A stretch of DNA of 64,000 nt from Octopus vulgaris (GCA_951406725.2 OX597829.1:32860001-32924000); one strand, 5' to 3'; numbered from the stretch's first letter, positions 1 to 13,455 are shown. The notes: a model not told the origin generated them from the letters alone. Numbers and translations are program-made.

Positions 1-33
1 ATCGTCATCATCATCATCATTATTATTATTATT

Positions 34-500
34 GAGTGAGAGAGCAGTGCATACCATCAAAGTGACACTGAGGTAAAATATACGAAGCCCAGTATACCCA
101 TCATGACTACACGTCTGATAAGGGTACACCAGGCACATGCATCACAACCATGTGTATGCGACATGGTGATCTCATCTCAAGATAAACAGCACATGACCTT
201 GCAGGTGGGACCCAGTTAGAATTTTCTTCAGGTCGAGTAACCCATCCCGCTCAAAAGGTCCCTGAATAAGGGTGGTTTAAGGATCTTTGAACGAAACACC
301 CATGTTTCCAGAGGTGAATTATTCAACCCCCAAAGAATCCCTATCAACACATGGCTATGTTGCTCCCCCACTACTTCTGCTCGTGCTCAGAGATGCACAT
401 ATCGTCAGACACTAAGGGACATGCTCAGCTGGTTAAGGTAAAACAACTGACAAGCAGATCTGTGGTATTGAATACAATATTTGCTGTAGCCCATCTTTTA
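34..500 (-). mobile_element. Non-coding SINE-like repeat, copy 1, bounded by (TAA)n tracts
   Basis: Highly similar to 521-1000; partial third copy at 9346-9466 (+). TTA tracts on both sides, no credible ORF. Strand inferred from the TAA tail. Confidence 0.7.
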
Positions 501-520
501 TTATTATTATTATTATTATT

Positions 521-1000
521 GAGTGAGAGAGCAGTGCATGCCATCAAAGTGACACTGGGGTAAAATATACGAAGCCCAGCATACCCATCATGACTACCTG
601 TCTGATAAGGGTACACCAGGCACATGCATCACAACCATATGTGCGCGACATAGTGATCTCATATCAAGATAAACAGCACATGACCTTGCAGGTGGGGCCC
701 AGTTAGAATTTTCTTCAGGTCGAGTAGCCCATCCTGCTCAAAAGGTCCCTGAATAAGGGTTGCTTTAGGATGTTGAACGAAAAACCTATGTTTCCAGAGG
801 TGAATTAGTCAAACTCCAAAGAATCCCTCTCAACACATGGCTATGATGCTCCCCCACTACTTCTGCTCGCGATCAGAGATGCACGTATCGTCAGCCACTA
901 AGGGACATACTCAACTGGTTAAGGTCAAACAACTGACAAGCAAATCTGTGGTATTGAGCAGAATATTTGCTGTAGCCCATCTTTTATACCAAGACAAAAC
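521..1000 (-). mobile_element. Non-coding SINE-like repeat, copy 2 (tandem)
   Basis: Direct repeat of 34-500 (GAGTGAGAGAGCAGTGCAT...GCTGTAGCCCATCTTTTA), separated by (TTA)n. Confidence 0.7.
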
Positions 1001-1077
<77 letters not shown>

Positions 1078-1080
<3 letters not shown>

Positions 1081-3100
1081 TAGTTTTATTTTTATAACGT
1101 GCTTTCACTGCACCACCGAGCGCAGCTTTGTGTGCCTTGGGTATGTACTGTGGTTTGTTGTGATGCTCTTATTTTCACTGTATTGAAAGTGTTTTACGTA
1201 GGATGTGTGTGGTGCCTAGTAGTGCTATTTTCTCTATGCTATATACATTCGTAAGTCCTGGCGTTTTGGTTGCGCATTTGTTTGAATATTTTTTAATCAT
1301 ACCGAATGTACCTACTATTATAGGAATTGTTTCTGTTTTTAGGCTCCACATTCGAGTTACCTCTATTTGCAGATCTTTGTATTTTGATAGTTTCTCCGTT
1401 TCTTTTAAAGATACTGTGGTGTTAGTAGTGTTATGGGCTGTCATGGAGCTATGTGGCATTGGTGGATGGGATTGCAGATGAGGTAGACGGAAGTGAGCAC
1501 TGCAGGGGCCGGTGGCACAGGCACAGGGGATGCGTGGGCAGGAAGCACATGTGGTCAGTTCGAGTAGAGACGGCAGCGTGAAAAGACGTGTTTATTTCTT
1601 AAGAGTGACCGCTTATTTCGCCGAGGTCAACAGGTAAGGCCTTTTGTATTTCTTTCTCCCGTTTGCTTCTTTTTTTTCCGTCGTCCTTTTCCTCCATCAC
1701 ACTACAGATACATAGTCATTTGTTGGTAATACCATCGATTAGAAGGCATTGTTTTTCTTGGTGATCTCTGACAATTATATCTAATATATTAGTCTTGATT
1801 TCTCTGTATGTATTGTTATATCACAGAGTATGGTTGCTTTCTCATTTTCTGAGACCTTTTCTGAGATGTGCCTATACCATCTTTTTCTGTTGTCATTCCA
1901 TAGTGTTAGAATAGCTTCCACATAGGTTCCAATTCTGACATGTCTGTGAATATATTCTTTCTCAGCCAAAGATTGGGCAACCAGAGACAATATGATTTAT
2001 TGTTTCTTCTTCATCACCATATATTCTGCAGTTACTTGTATTTCTTTTCATTACGTTTTTTGAGGTAATTTCTGGTGGGAAGGCTTTGATTTGTGCTGCA
2101 ATTAAAAATCCTTCAGTCACTTGCTTTGAGTCCTTCTTAACCATTGTTGAGATTTTACCTTGTCTATTTCTTTTCTTTTTAGCTTAACCCAATATTTTCC
2201 ATGTAGGAGCTTTTCTTGCCATCATTTTATCATGATACGTTGTTGCTCCAGTTTTAGTTTGGATTTCAGTTGTTTGACCGTTTATGTCGTTTCCTCTTTT
2301 TCTTCATAGTTGTCAGGTACAATGACTTCTTTCTTGTATTTTTCAGCTTCCTTAAAGACAGAAAACAATGTTTTGCTTCTGAATTAGGTATTCGTGTGAT
2401 CCTATGGTGGTTATTTTATAATAGTTTTCTAGCTGTATAAGGCAGCTACCGCCTTAAATACGTTGTATATATAACCTTTCTATATCAGATTTGGGGTGGT
2501 GCATCCTAAATTCTGTCATTATTTTTCATATTTGTCTGTCTAGTTTGATCAGTTCATTTAGAGTCCAGTTAAGAATAGCTGTAACTTATAACTGAGACGG
2601 CTAGAGTGTTGATACCTATTATCTTGTTTTTCGCATTGAACTTTGTTTTCAGTATTAATCTAACTCATCTGTAGCATTCCTTTCTTATCTTCTCTTCTAT
2701 TTGTGTGTGTTGTATCGTATCTGGTTCATTGATTTCTAAGTATTTGTTTGTCTAATTCTCTTATTTCATTTGCTTTATCTAGTGTGAAATTGTTACGCTT
2801 AACTAGTTTTCCTCTTTTTAGGGTTGCTTTGGCACATTTTTATAAGCCAAATTTCATGTTTATTTCTTTGGTAAATCCATGAATTGTCTGTAGTAACGTT
2901 TCCAGCTGTGTGTCATTTGCAGCATACGGTTTTAGATCATCCATATACAAGAGATTGCTAATTGTAGCAGTTGTATTTACATCCAGTTCTGTTTAGCACG
3001 TCAGTTAAAGGTATCAGTGTCAAGCAGAAAAGGAGTGGAGAGAGTGTGTCTCCCTAGAATATTCCTCTTTTAATGGGGGTGGCTTTAGTTTTTATGAGTC
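1078..3100 (-). mobile_element. Decayed R4/Dong-like RLE non-LTR retrotransposon (RT C-terminus, CCHC-like finger, RLE, 3' UTR, TAA tail)
   Basis: Minus-strand peptides FLIAAQ, CRIYGDEEETINHIVSGCP, KLSKYKDLQIEVTRMWSLKTETIPIIVG, LLGTTHILRKTL; 3' end runs into (TAA)n at 1001-1077; many stops and frameshifts. Confidence 0.85.
1415..1706. mobile_element. Probable solo LTR (292 bp) inserted in the Dong-like ORF
   Basis: Termini TGTGGTGT...ACACTACA (TG..CA, 7/8 inverted match); 5-bp TSD GATAC at 1410-1414 and 1707-1711; removing it restores the reading NDYVSLKETEK. Confidence 0.8.
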
Positions 3101-3655
3101 TGGGAAATCCCAGAGGGTTTTGCTAGTCTCCGATTCTTCCAGTCTCTGCAGTTTGTGCTCATACCACGTCTTGCCTCTCTTTAACCCCCACTTTCGCACG
3201 TTTTCTAATGCAACACTTTCGCTACTTGATCATGTCGCCAGAACTTGTAGTGGTTTGGGGCAAGTCTAGGGCATTCGTTCGTGATATGGGCAATGGTTTC
3301 ATCCACCTTATTGCAGATACGGTACAGCGGAGACACTTACTCATTCCTATGGTTCACCCTCCAGTTCGTGGCCAAAGCTTGGTCTTGCGCTGCCAGTAGA
3401 GTGCTTTCGGTCTCTTTTTTTTAGTGTTCCTATCATCAGCCATTTCCACCTATTTTTTCCACAACTTTTGTTGGGGCTGCATGGAATTGATTGTGTAGTC
3501 CCTTCTTGCGTAATTCTTCATGCCCTTTTTGCACTTCTTTCTTTGTTTTTCCTGTTTTTCTCTGCTTTAAATACTCCCTCGTTCCTAACTGTCACTAGCA
3601 ACATTGCCTTACTTTGGGCTTGGTATCTCATTAAGCTCTTGAGTTTGGTACCCAC
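3101..3655 (-). mobile_element. Fragment of a second R4/Dong-like family (thumb to zinc-finger region)
   Basis: Minus-strand LKKETESTLLAAQDQALATN, RICNKVDETIAHITNECP, RHDQVAKVLH. Confidence 0.7.
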
Positions 3656-3825
3656 GCAGATTGTTTTGTCATAACAGTTGTATCCATATCCAGTTCTGTT
3701 TAGCATGTCAGATAAAGGTGTCAGTGCCAAACAGAAAAGGATTGGAGAGAGTGTGTTTCCCTGAAATATTCTTCTTCTAATTGGGGTGGCTTTGGTTTTT
3801 ATGAGTCCCTCTTTTGTCTGGAACT
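3656..3825 (-). mobile_element. R4/Dong-like RT fragment
   Basis: IRRRIFQGNTLSPILFCLALTPLS; homologous to 2985-3100. Confidence 0.75.
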
Positions 3826-4224
3826 GATCGGTCTTTTCTAGCTCCTTTACTTTTAACAATGACGAAGGGGGAAAGACATTTAGTAATGAATTGAGGGAAA
3901 GTCTTTCAGTTATTTACGTTTTTATTCTGGGAGTTCTCTTTCCCCAACCACGTTACTTATTTGCCTTCTTTCATAGTTCTTCATGTCTTTTAGTTGGGGT
4001 GGGGAGAAGAGCATGTTTTTTCAGGCACGTTTAACGTTTTCCCTACAAACTACAAACAAGTTTCCCTTCCTTTTTTTCTTCATGCAAAAACTAATGCAAA
4101 TTTCGAACTGAGTATAGTTGTGCAAAGAGCCCCCCAAAATGGGTAAGATCTCCTACAAAATGGATGGAGGAGAAAAGTTTCCAACAGGTGGCTACACGAA
4201 ATTCAACTCTATAGTTTAAAAAGT

Positions 4225-4282
4225 ATTTTCTACTATAGCCTCGGACCGACTGAATTTGGTAGACGGAAAGTGAAAGAAGCCT

Positions 4283-4361
<79 letters not shown>

Positions 4362-4377
4362 GTATGTATATATGTAT

Positions 4378-4411
<34 letters not shown>

Positions 4412-4640
4412 TATATTTTTATCTGTGCGTCTTTGTGTCTGTGTTTGCGCCCACCACCACCGCCATCGCTTGACAACCGACGTTTGCGTCTCTGTAACTT
4501 AGCTGTTCGCCAGAAGATACTGATAGAATAAGCATCAGGCTTACAGAGAATAGGTCCAGGAATCGACTTCTTCGACTAAAGGGCGGTGGTCTAGCATGGT
4601 CATAGTCAAATTACTGAAACAAGTAAAAGAATAAAAGAAT
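4225..4640 (+). mobile_element. SINE family A copy with internal (TA)/(TATG) microsatellite
   Basis: Shares TATAGCCTCGG..GATTTGGTAGACGGAAA and the tail CAGTCAAATGACTGAAACAAGTAAAAGA with 11843-12158, 29420-29770 and 30900-31250. Confidence 0.75.
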
Positions 4641-4867
4641 ACTAGAATAACGTTCCGGACCAATAAAGCAAGAGGGTTCTTTGAATATGTACGATGTATT
4701 TTCAGACCAAATAGTAATTCTGTTTACATTTGCGTAACTGAGATATTTTGGTTGGATTATAAAGTTATCGGTTTTACACTTCTTTCTATATTCTGTAAGT
4801 GTCACAATATAGAAACATTTCTCATCGTACCAGCACAATTTACTGATGCTTAAATTTTTTTTATATT

Positions 4868-4896
4868 CTCCGTGAATTTTTCACGGGTCCACCTAG
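4868..4896 (+). mobile_element. Helitron-like 3' terminus
   Basis: Hairpin CCGTGAA-ttt-TTCACGG followed by CTAG|T; 5' end not located. Confidence 0.45.
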
Positions 4897-6049
4897 TAAT
4901 TATTATTATTTATACTATTTTATAGTCCCAAACAACCAAATGTACGGATTGGTTTTGTGTCAGAAATAAAAACGTAAATCCAACAATCATCAAAAATGAC
5001 TGAATAGAACAGTATAACCTGGACTCTTTGCTACTTAACCTGAAAGCGTAACACCCGTTTTTTTAGATTGTAGGAGTGATATAAAAACCCAGAACGAAAT
5101 TTATGAATGAAAGCCACAGACCAAAACTAAATAGGAAAGGACAAATTTAGATCATTTAAGCCTATCGGAATTACGCCTCTCGGTTTCTTATAGTCAGTGG
5201 CTATAATGTCGTTCCAATATATATATGATAACTGATAGTAGAGAGAATGGGGTCGGTACGAGTGCAAAAAGAGGAGGGAGATATACGGCGGGTAGAGTGT
5301 TAACTTTAAAATTGTATGCGGTCGTGTACATGCATCTCTGTTTAGACTTTTTTCATATATCGATACTGGATGTGGAATTATAAAAATTTATAGTAATTCT
5401 TTAATTGTGATGAGGGAAACAACGATCGCAGAAGTTCCGAAAATTGCTACCAGTTTGCCAAAGTATACTTGTGTTCATAAGTGAAGAAAACTTTACATTT
5501 TAAGTTTAGGCCCGACCCCTTAGGTGAAGGGATTTCTTCAGCGTGATTCTTTTCTCTACCAAGGAAAATTTAAATCTCCTACATCTGTTAAGTTTACACT
5601 TTTTCAGTATCTTTCATTTGATGTGGAGTCCTAGTCCATGTTCTGTTGCCATCATTAAGCTTTGTGGTTGATTTAAAGAAGACTTGACTGCAGTTTCTAG
5701 CATGAAGAGTGACCATATAAAAGCTCTCATATTTGTGAATATGTATGTGTATGTTAGTAAAATTTGTTGCAAACAATGAATGTCAAAGGGAATTTTTCCT
5801 GTGGATAAGAGCAACGTGAAATAACGTAGCTCAAACTTTGTCACACATTAACAAAATGGTAAATGATAAGTTTCAGTAAATTATTTCTATTCATAAAAAG
5901 GAATGCTTTTATATTTAAAAAAAATATTTCGTAGTTTATCCACAAATATTTAAGTGGAGAATATATTTACGTTCCAATCTGCAGAATTGATTGTTTTTGT
6001 GAAATAGTTTACCTTCCTCAATTGAATAAATTAAAATAAGTAGAATTAA

Positions 6050-6692
6050 CGGATCTTTTCCTTTTGTTGGTCAGATTTCAACACAATTTCTAGTTAACTA
6101 AACACTTTAAAACTTCGTATACTGGTAGAATGTGTCAAAAGAAAACATTATTTTCACTTGGCTTTCTTGATAAATTTGTAATTCGTTTGTTTAACGTAGT
6201 TTAATTTTTCGAATTTTAACCAATCCTATGCTCTCTTTTGAGCTAAAATCATTTTTATACACACGCTTTCCGTAACACACGCTTTCCGTATACGTACGGA
6301 AAGCGTTTGTATAAAAATTATAGAATTATTTTGTATGTTAATTGTTTAAATTATTTTCCATTGCTTTAGTTTTTTTACACGCGTAACAATTAAATTAATT
6401 TAACAATTAAGAAGAAAAAATTAGGTTTAGGGGGAGGGGGAGGGGGAGGGTTAGTTACAGGATGTTGTCTCAGTTGTTAGACGCAGTAAATGATTTCAGC
6501 TCAAATAGAAGCGATTCATTAGTTAAAATTCGAAAAATTAAACTACGTTAAACAAACGAATTACAAATTCATCAAGAAAGCCAAGTGAAAATAATGTTTT
6601 CTTTTGACACATTCTACCAGTATACGAAGTTTTAAAGTGTTTAGTTAACTAGAAATTGTGTTGAAATCTGGCCTTCAAAAGGAAAAGATCCG
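6050..6692. mobile_element. MITE / non-autonomous DNA transposon with ~200-bp terminal inverted repeats
   Basis: CGGATCTTTTCCTTTTG... at 6050 and ...CAAAAGGAAAAGATCCG at 6692; arms about 6050-6252 and 6492-6692; AATTAA on both flanks. Confidence 0.9.
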
Positions 6693-7749
6693 AATTAACT
6701 GTTCTGTTGATTGAAAATTTTAGTAAATTTGTGGCTACCTTTATTACCTTCTCTTTCTTCAAGCCTCTCTGTCTTTATCATTTCGCTTTCGTTACACAAA
6801 GTATTGTTATATTTGAGATTGTAATTTGACCAAAAGTAAAACACAAACCTTATTTTTCTTTATGCGAGTGAGTTCAATAGATAAATTAAAGAAATTCACT
6901 GCCTTTATTTGGTTTCTCCAAATAAATAACGTAAAACTCATCTTCATCTGAGAATAACATGTCCCGAACGCACAGACGGCTTGTATTTTCTTGTTAATAT
7001 ATTGTCTTGCAAGTTCATTAATTAGTCTCAAAATATCAGCTTCAAACAGAAACGTTTTTGGACAGCAGTTATATGGTCACAAGTATTTTAAAGAATATCA
7101 TATTATACTTTCATGTTAGCCTTAACATATGGCAGCAAGGAGAAATTATTTACCATCTGTTCGAAGGCATATATCGAGAAATTATGAGAACAATTCCGTC
7201 TGCAAATTAATGTGATAGCATATTTTCTATTTAAAATTTCATAATGATAGTGTTTTGTGTAATTAAAAATTATTTTGTGTCAAGCTAAAAGTTAAATCAC
7301 AGTAATTTTTTTTATGGCTTCAAATTTATTTAGGTTAACCAGAAAAAATAATTTATAAAACCATAGATAATGATTCTTATACTGAAAACTTAGGAATACA
7401 ATGTTATAGCCTTATAACAGGAAATTAATTGAATAACCGTTAATAGATTTCGCTTGTCACAGTGTTCAGCAGTGTTCTTTCTCATGGACGCGCCAATTGA
7501 CTTTTTTTTTTACCCTGCATACAATCCACGGATGTTAACTGTAACAAATAATATTTGAATATCTTTGCCATGCTGTAAGCAGTAGACATTTGCCCGGCGT
7601 CTAGCAGTTTTTGGGGTCTTGTATATTGTTGTTCTTAACACTTGCAAGGTTGCAGGAATGGTGATGTTTATGTTCGATAAGTGCAGCACGCTTTCCCTTC
7701 AAAAGCTTTCAGTGCAGTACTGTGGATGGTGTTCTTCAAAGAATTCCAT

Positions 7750-9015
7750 TTCAACTGTGCATTTCTGTCTGTCGGATCTGCAGATCGGGATCTTCCAGTA
7801 ACCTGATGAATTCTTCTGCTTTATTTATATGCGATGTTTGTCGAGTTCTTTCATAAAGAGTACCTTCTTTGACTAAGTACAAACTGGCAGCTAACCAAAG
7901 AGTGATCCTCGTCACAGTTGACACTCTGGAAGGAGACAAAGGCAAGCGAATAAAAAGTTGGGTGGAGCATTACTCCAAATTTTACTCCATAGAAAACAAC
8001 ATCTCAGAATATGTGTTAGATACCGTGGAATGCCTGCCAATGATAAAGGAACAAGATGCACAGCCGACTGTTGAAAAACTGAGTAAATCCATTGACTGTC
8101 TTTCCACTAACAAGTCACCGGGATTGGATGATATCCTCCAATAGCCATCAAGTGTGCAAAAAGCATTCTTTTGCATTATGTGCGCAAACTGTTGTGCTAG
8201 TGCTGGAAAGAAGGAGCACTCCCACATAACGAGAACCTATAATACTGTTACCCTGTGCAATAACAAAAGCGGTAAAAACGATTGCAGCAACAACTGAGGA
8301 ATCTCGTTGTGGAGAATGATAATGGTGTTCTTCATTTGGTTGGCCGTAAAGAGATTGCAGGAGATAGCTGAAATGGTATGTCTCAAGTCTCGCTACAGCT
8401 TCACTTTAGAAATCCTCATAATTAACTTGATTTGCCTTCGACAATCACTTAACAATCTACAGCCACTTTACAATCGCTATCATCGATCCCAAGAAGGCCT
8501 TCGGCTTTATGGTTAAAATTAGCCTATTCAGAACCTAAGATTGGGTACCTTCCTAGGCCACTCAGGATTGTTCAGTCATTCCACACAGACATCTTTACTG
8601 CCATGCTGAAGTGCGTTTTTTAATATCAACTCATGGTATTTATCTTCACACAAGATAAAACAGGAAACTGCTCAGCCTGTCTCGATTGAAGATAAAAGAG
8701 AAATATGCGAAGCACTCATGAATGATAATTCAACACTGGTAACACACTCGGAATAGCAATTGCCATGCTTCATGGACAGTCTCACAATAGCCTGTCAAAT
8801 CTTTGGCTTGACCAACAGTGTGAAGAAGACAAAACTGCTGGACCAAGGTTTTCAAGACTCAGCAATTAACATCAACAACTGTAAACTGGAAGTTGTCCCC
8901 GAGTTTACATACCGCGGCTCTACCATCACAGACAACACTCTCTAGTAACTGAGATAAATAGATGTATTGCAAAAGCTGTCTCAACACTAGCTTCATTGAC
9001 AGCGACAGTCTTGAA
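7750..9015 (+). mobile_element. Decayed RTE-clade LINE (RT region)
   Basis: WVEHYSKFYS..PTVEKLSKSIDCLSTNKSPGLDDI; FGLTNSVKKTK..LEVVPEFTYRGSTIT; multiple stops. Confidence 0.8.
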
Positions 9016-9251
9016 TAAACAAAACGGCCTCTTATATACGAAAAGAAATAGTAGTGGTCGAAAAAGCACAGGGAGAAGATAGTGCGCTAGCGAGTCGGAA
9101 GCTGAAGCGTATTTGTGAGTGATCTTATACTAATCAGTAGGGTGATTGTTTTCTGGATGAGGTGTAAGATGACTGTGTGTGTGTGTGTTTCTTAAATTAG
9201 AATGGAAAAGGATACACTCCCTAATGTAACCATTGGAATAGTTCAGTAAAA

Positions 9252-9346
<95 letters not shown>

Positions 9347-9649
9347 TTCTGCTCAATACCACAGATTTGCTTGTCAGTTGTTTGACCTTAACCAGTTGAC
9401 CATGTCCCTTAGTGGCTGACGATATGTGCAACTCTGATCATGAGCAGAAGTAGTTGGGGAGCATCAATGCCCTGATGCAGTATCAGGCAGTGCAGTGAAA
9501 GCACGTTATAAAAATAAAACTACGGAATAATAATGAGGAGGAGTAGGAGGAGGGGGGGTAGTGCTGGTGGTGGTGGTGATGGTGATGATGATGATAATAA
9601 AAAAAATTCTGCCTTGTTCTGACTCTGCAAACAAGCTTGTTAAATTAAA

Positions 9650-11082
9650 CTATCATGGATTATAGATGCTACGGACAAACAGTAAACCATTTCCTATACA
9701 TGATTTAGAAATTTTCACTAATAATATCACAGAACAGAAAAATCCTCTAAAAATCGTCCATAGTTTCATCAAAGACATGAGGATGAGCATGGAGATGAAC
9801 GAATGTGTCAAAGTGACACTGAGTAAGGGCAAATTAATCAGCACTGAAAATACTGCATTTGACATAGACACAGAAATTAGAGAATTAGACCAGCATTGCC
9901 TATACAAATATCTTTGAATAGATGAAATAGCTAAAATACAGCACACAGAAATGGAAGAGAAAATAAAGAGAGAACATTGCAGAAGACATAGACTAATATT
10001 AAACACTGTACTCAAAGCTAAAAATAAGATAATAGGGATAAACACGTTAGCCATACTAGTCATAAATTACAACTTCAACATAAACTGGAAGATCAGTGAA
10101 TTGAGAAACCTAGATAGAAAAGCCAGAAAGCTATTAACAGCATACCAAAGTCACCACCCCAAAGCAGATGCGGACAGAATATATCTACCCTGCTCAGAAG
10201 CAGGCCATGGCCTGATACAGATAGAGAACTATTATAAAATAACAATGTTGGACTAGAAAAGTACTTAGAAGCAAAAGGTGAAAGATTACTTCATGTAATA
10301 AAGCAACTCGAGAAAAAGAAAACGTGTTTCTCTTTGAACAAGGAAACGACAAAATACAAAATAGAAACAAACTACACTGATACACTGATCTCGGATGACA
10401 ACATAGCAGAAATAGTTAAAGGGACAAAAACAACATAAAAACAGAGCTACAGAACATACTAAAGAAGAAATGGAGAGAAAAATCACTCCATGGCCAATAC
10501 CCTCCAAGGTTTGATAGAGAAGAGGTGAAAAAGCCTCAGTAAAAGCCAACAATAGCTCTAAAGCTCTGGACTAAAAGCTGAAAGGGAAAGGCTGATTCTT
10601 GTTGCACAAGACCAATACCTTACCACAAACAACTATAAAAGCAAAGTAATGAAAACAGGCCTTAACAGCAAATGCAGAATGTACAGCCAGCACAATGTGA
10701 CAGTTGATTACATCACCCCTGGCTATCCAGTCCTTGCCAAATCTAAATATAGATACAGGCATGACCGAGTACACAGTTATATCCACTGCACAATATGCCA
10801 ACATTACAACATTAAAACTGATAATAAATGGAAAAAAAAACATGTGCAAAACAGTACACAACAACGATCAGACCACAATCATCTAGGATATGCCTGTTTA
10901 AACTCACAAAGAAATCAGAGCTAATCGCCCAGACATCATAATCAAGGATAGGAAGGAAAAAAAAAGAAAACAGCTACTTACCTACAGACTTTACAGTCTC
11001 TTCTGACCAATATATTGCCTGAACTATTGAAGATGTGGGGCATAAAGGTGAAAACATGATATCAACAATAGTAATAACGAGC
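9650..11082 (+). mobile_element. Decayed R4/Dong-like RLE retrotransposon, 3' half
   Basis: KAKNKIIGINTLAI..LDRKARKLLT..HHPKADADRIYLP..GHGLIQIE; CRM..YRYRHDRVHSYIHCTIC; ANRPDIIIKD. Confidence 0.85.
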
Positions 11083-11285
11083 AGAAGAAGAAGAAGAAGA
11101 AGAAGAAGAAGAAGAAGAAGAAGAAGAAGAAGAAGAAGAAGAAGAAGAAGAAGAAGAAGAAGAAGAAGAAGAAGAAGAAGAAGAAGAAGAAGAAGAAGAA
11201 GAAGAACAAGAAGAAGAAGAAGAAGAAGAAGAAGAAGAAGAAGAAGAAGAAGAAGAAGAAGAAGAAGAAGAAGAAGAAGAAGAAG

Positions 11286-11315
<30 letters not shown>
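11083..11315 (+). repeat. (GAA)n microsatellite, ~230 bp
   Basis: Near-perfect AGA repeat. Confidence 0.98.
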
Positions 11316-11316
<1 letters not shown>

Positions 11317-11720
11317 CTAAAACAGCGTAGCACCACTGTGGAGAAATGTCATTCATCATAATTTTGGGTCGACCTATATATTGGGCGAGAAAACTATCCC
11401 AAAGCCATCTCGAAACAGGCGAAAACTATCCCAAAACTGACCGGATAGTTCATACCCATAATTCAAAGGTTCAGACTTATCAGACATTGTATCAAGTTGA
11501 TTCTGCCTGAGGATTATGTTAAGGGTACAATTGTCTGCGGAAGATTCGACCACTTACACGTTAAATCATATGCTTCATCGAATTACTGAATATTCATCGT
11601 CGAAACCGACGGAGACCTATATATTATTCACATTTCAAAAATAATGCGGGTTCAGTGCCGGCCATTTTCCTAAGCTAAGCATTATACGCGCACGTACGTA
11701 CGTACACACACACACGCACG

Positions 11721-11762
<42 letters not shown>

Positions 11763-11842
11763 TACATACGCAGGAACACATGGATGTGTTCATGCACGTG
11801 TGCATAAAATACACTTATGAGGAAAAAACATATAAACGTAGG

Positions 11843-12158
11843 TACTGCGTGGCATCTTGGGCAAGTGTCTTCTGCTATAGCCTCGGGCCGACCAATGCCT
11901 TGTGAGTGGATTTGGTAGACGGAAACTGAAAGAAGCCTGTCGTATATATGTATGTATATGTATGTATATTTGTGTGTCTATGTTTGTTCCTCTAGCATTG
12001 CTTGACAACCGATGCTGGTGTGTTTACGTCCCCGTCACTTAGCGGTTCGGCAAAAGAGACCGATGGAATAAGTTCTGGGCTTACAAAGAATAAGTGCCAG
12101 GGTTGATTGGCCGCAGTCAAATGACTGAAACAAGTAAAAGAGTAAAAGAGTAAAGAGA
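11843..12158 (+). mobile_element. SINE family A copy
   Basis: Same diagnostic blocks and GTAAAAGA tail as 4225-4640. Confidence 0.8.
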
Positions 12159-12171
12159 GAACAAACGATTC

Positions 12172-12263
12172 CGCCTCCTCCTCATCATCATCATCATCAT
12201 GGTCACCCCCACCTTCACCAGAACCATCCACCGACACCGATATCAACACCACCACCACCACCG

Positions 12264-12332
<69 letters not shown>

Positions 12333-12389
12333 TTGCTGCTGCTGCTGCTGCTACTACTACTACTACTACTACTACTACTGCTGCTGCTG

Positions 12390-12437
<48 letters not shown>

Positions 12438-12862
12438 TTACTATCTTGCTATCAACATAATCAGCATCAGCATCAGCAGCAACGTTACCACCACCATTAC
12501 CGCCAACTCCACCATTGTTACCGCCACCACCACCGCCGTTACCACCACCACCACCATCACCACCACGATTCACAACAACCAGCACCACCACCAAGATACA
12601 CAACTACCACCACCACTGCTGCAGTAGCAGCATTTTTACCACCGTCTTCGCGACAGCCGTCGTCACTACCTCCTTCGTCACCAACATCGTCATCACCATC
12701 ACCATCATCATCATCATTATCACCATCACCATCATCATCATCATTATCATCATCACCAGCACCATCATCACCAGCACCAGCATCATCATCATCATCATCA
12801 TCATCATCCTCATCTTCACCACCACCACCACCGCCATCGTTACCATTAGCGCCATCATCGAC
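12172..12862 (+). repeat. Compound trinucleotide microsatellite (CAT/CAC/TAC/TGC)
   Basis: Directly visible; explains the homopolymeric ORFs in all frames. Confidence 0.95.
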
Positions 12863-13455
12863 AGTAACATCTCATTTACTATTTACGACTGCAAACCTTT
12901 TTAAAAAAGCCTGTAAAACTTGGCATCAACGCGCGTGAAAAACAGGTAACACGATCGTCGGAAAGTAATCGTAAAACACGAATTTCATTCTGGGAGAGCC
13001 ATAGATAAGGATGTGCGTGTGTGTGTGTGTGTGCGCATGCGTGCGTGTGTGCGAGCGTGTGTGTGTGTGTGTGTGTGTATTGTATGATGGAGGGCGAGGC
13101 GAGAGTATGCATATTCGAAGATAGGAAGTTGAGTAGCCAGCAGCTGACATGTTAGCGTTTTGTCTTAACAAATAGACTTCTTTCTTCTTCTTCTTCTTCT
13201 TCTTGCACCATTTCTATTTCATTTTCTGCACTATTTATATAAACATATTATATAGTCATTTAAACTTGATACACGCAAACACACACATTGTATACATGTA
13301 TGTATGTATGTATGTGTGTATGTATGTGTGTATGTATGTATGTGTGTATGTATGTATGCATGAATGTATGTATGTATGTGTGTGTATGCCTATATGTGTA
13401 TGTATGCATGTATGTATGTAATATACACACATATACACATGCACATACACACACA

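Noticed and set aside
34-1000. CTGACGA and CTGAAGA hammerhead-like cores on the minus strand of the 480-bp repeat
   Set aside because: I could not build stems linking them to a GAAA and an NUH site.
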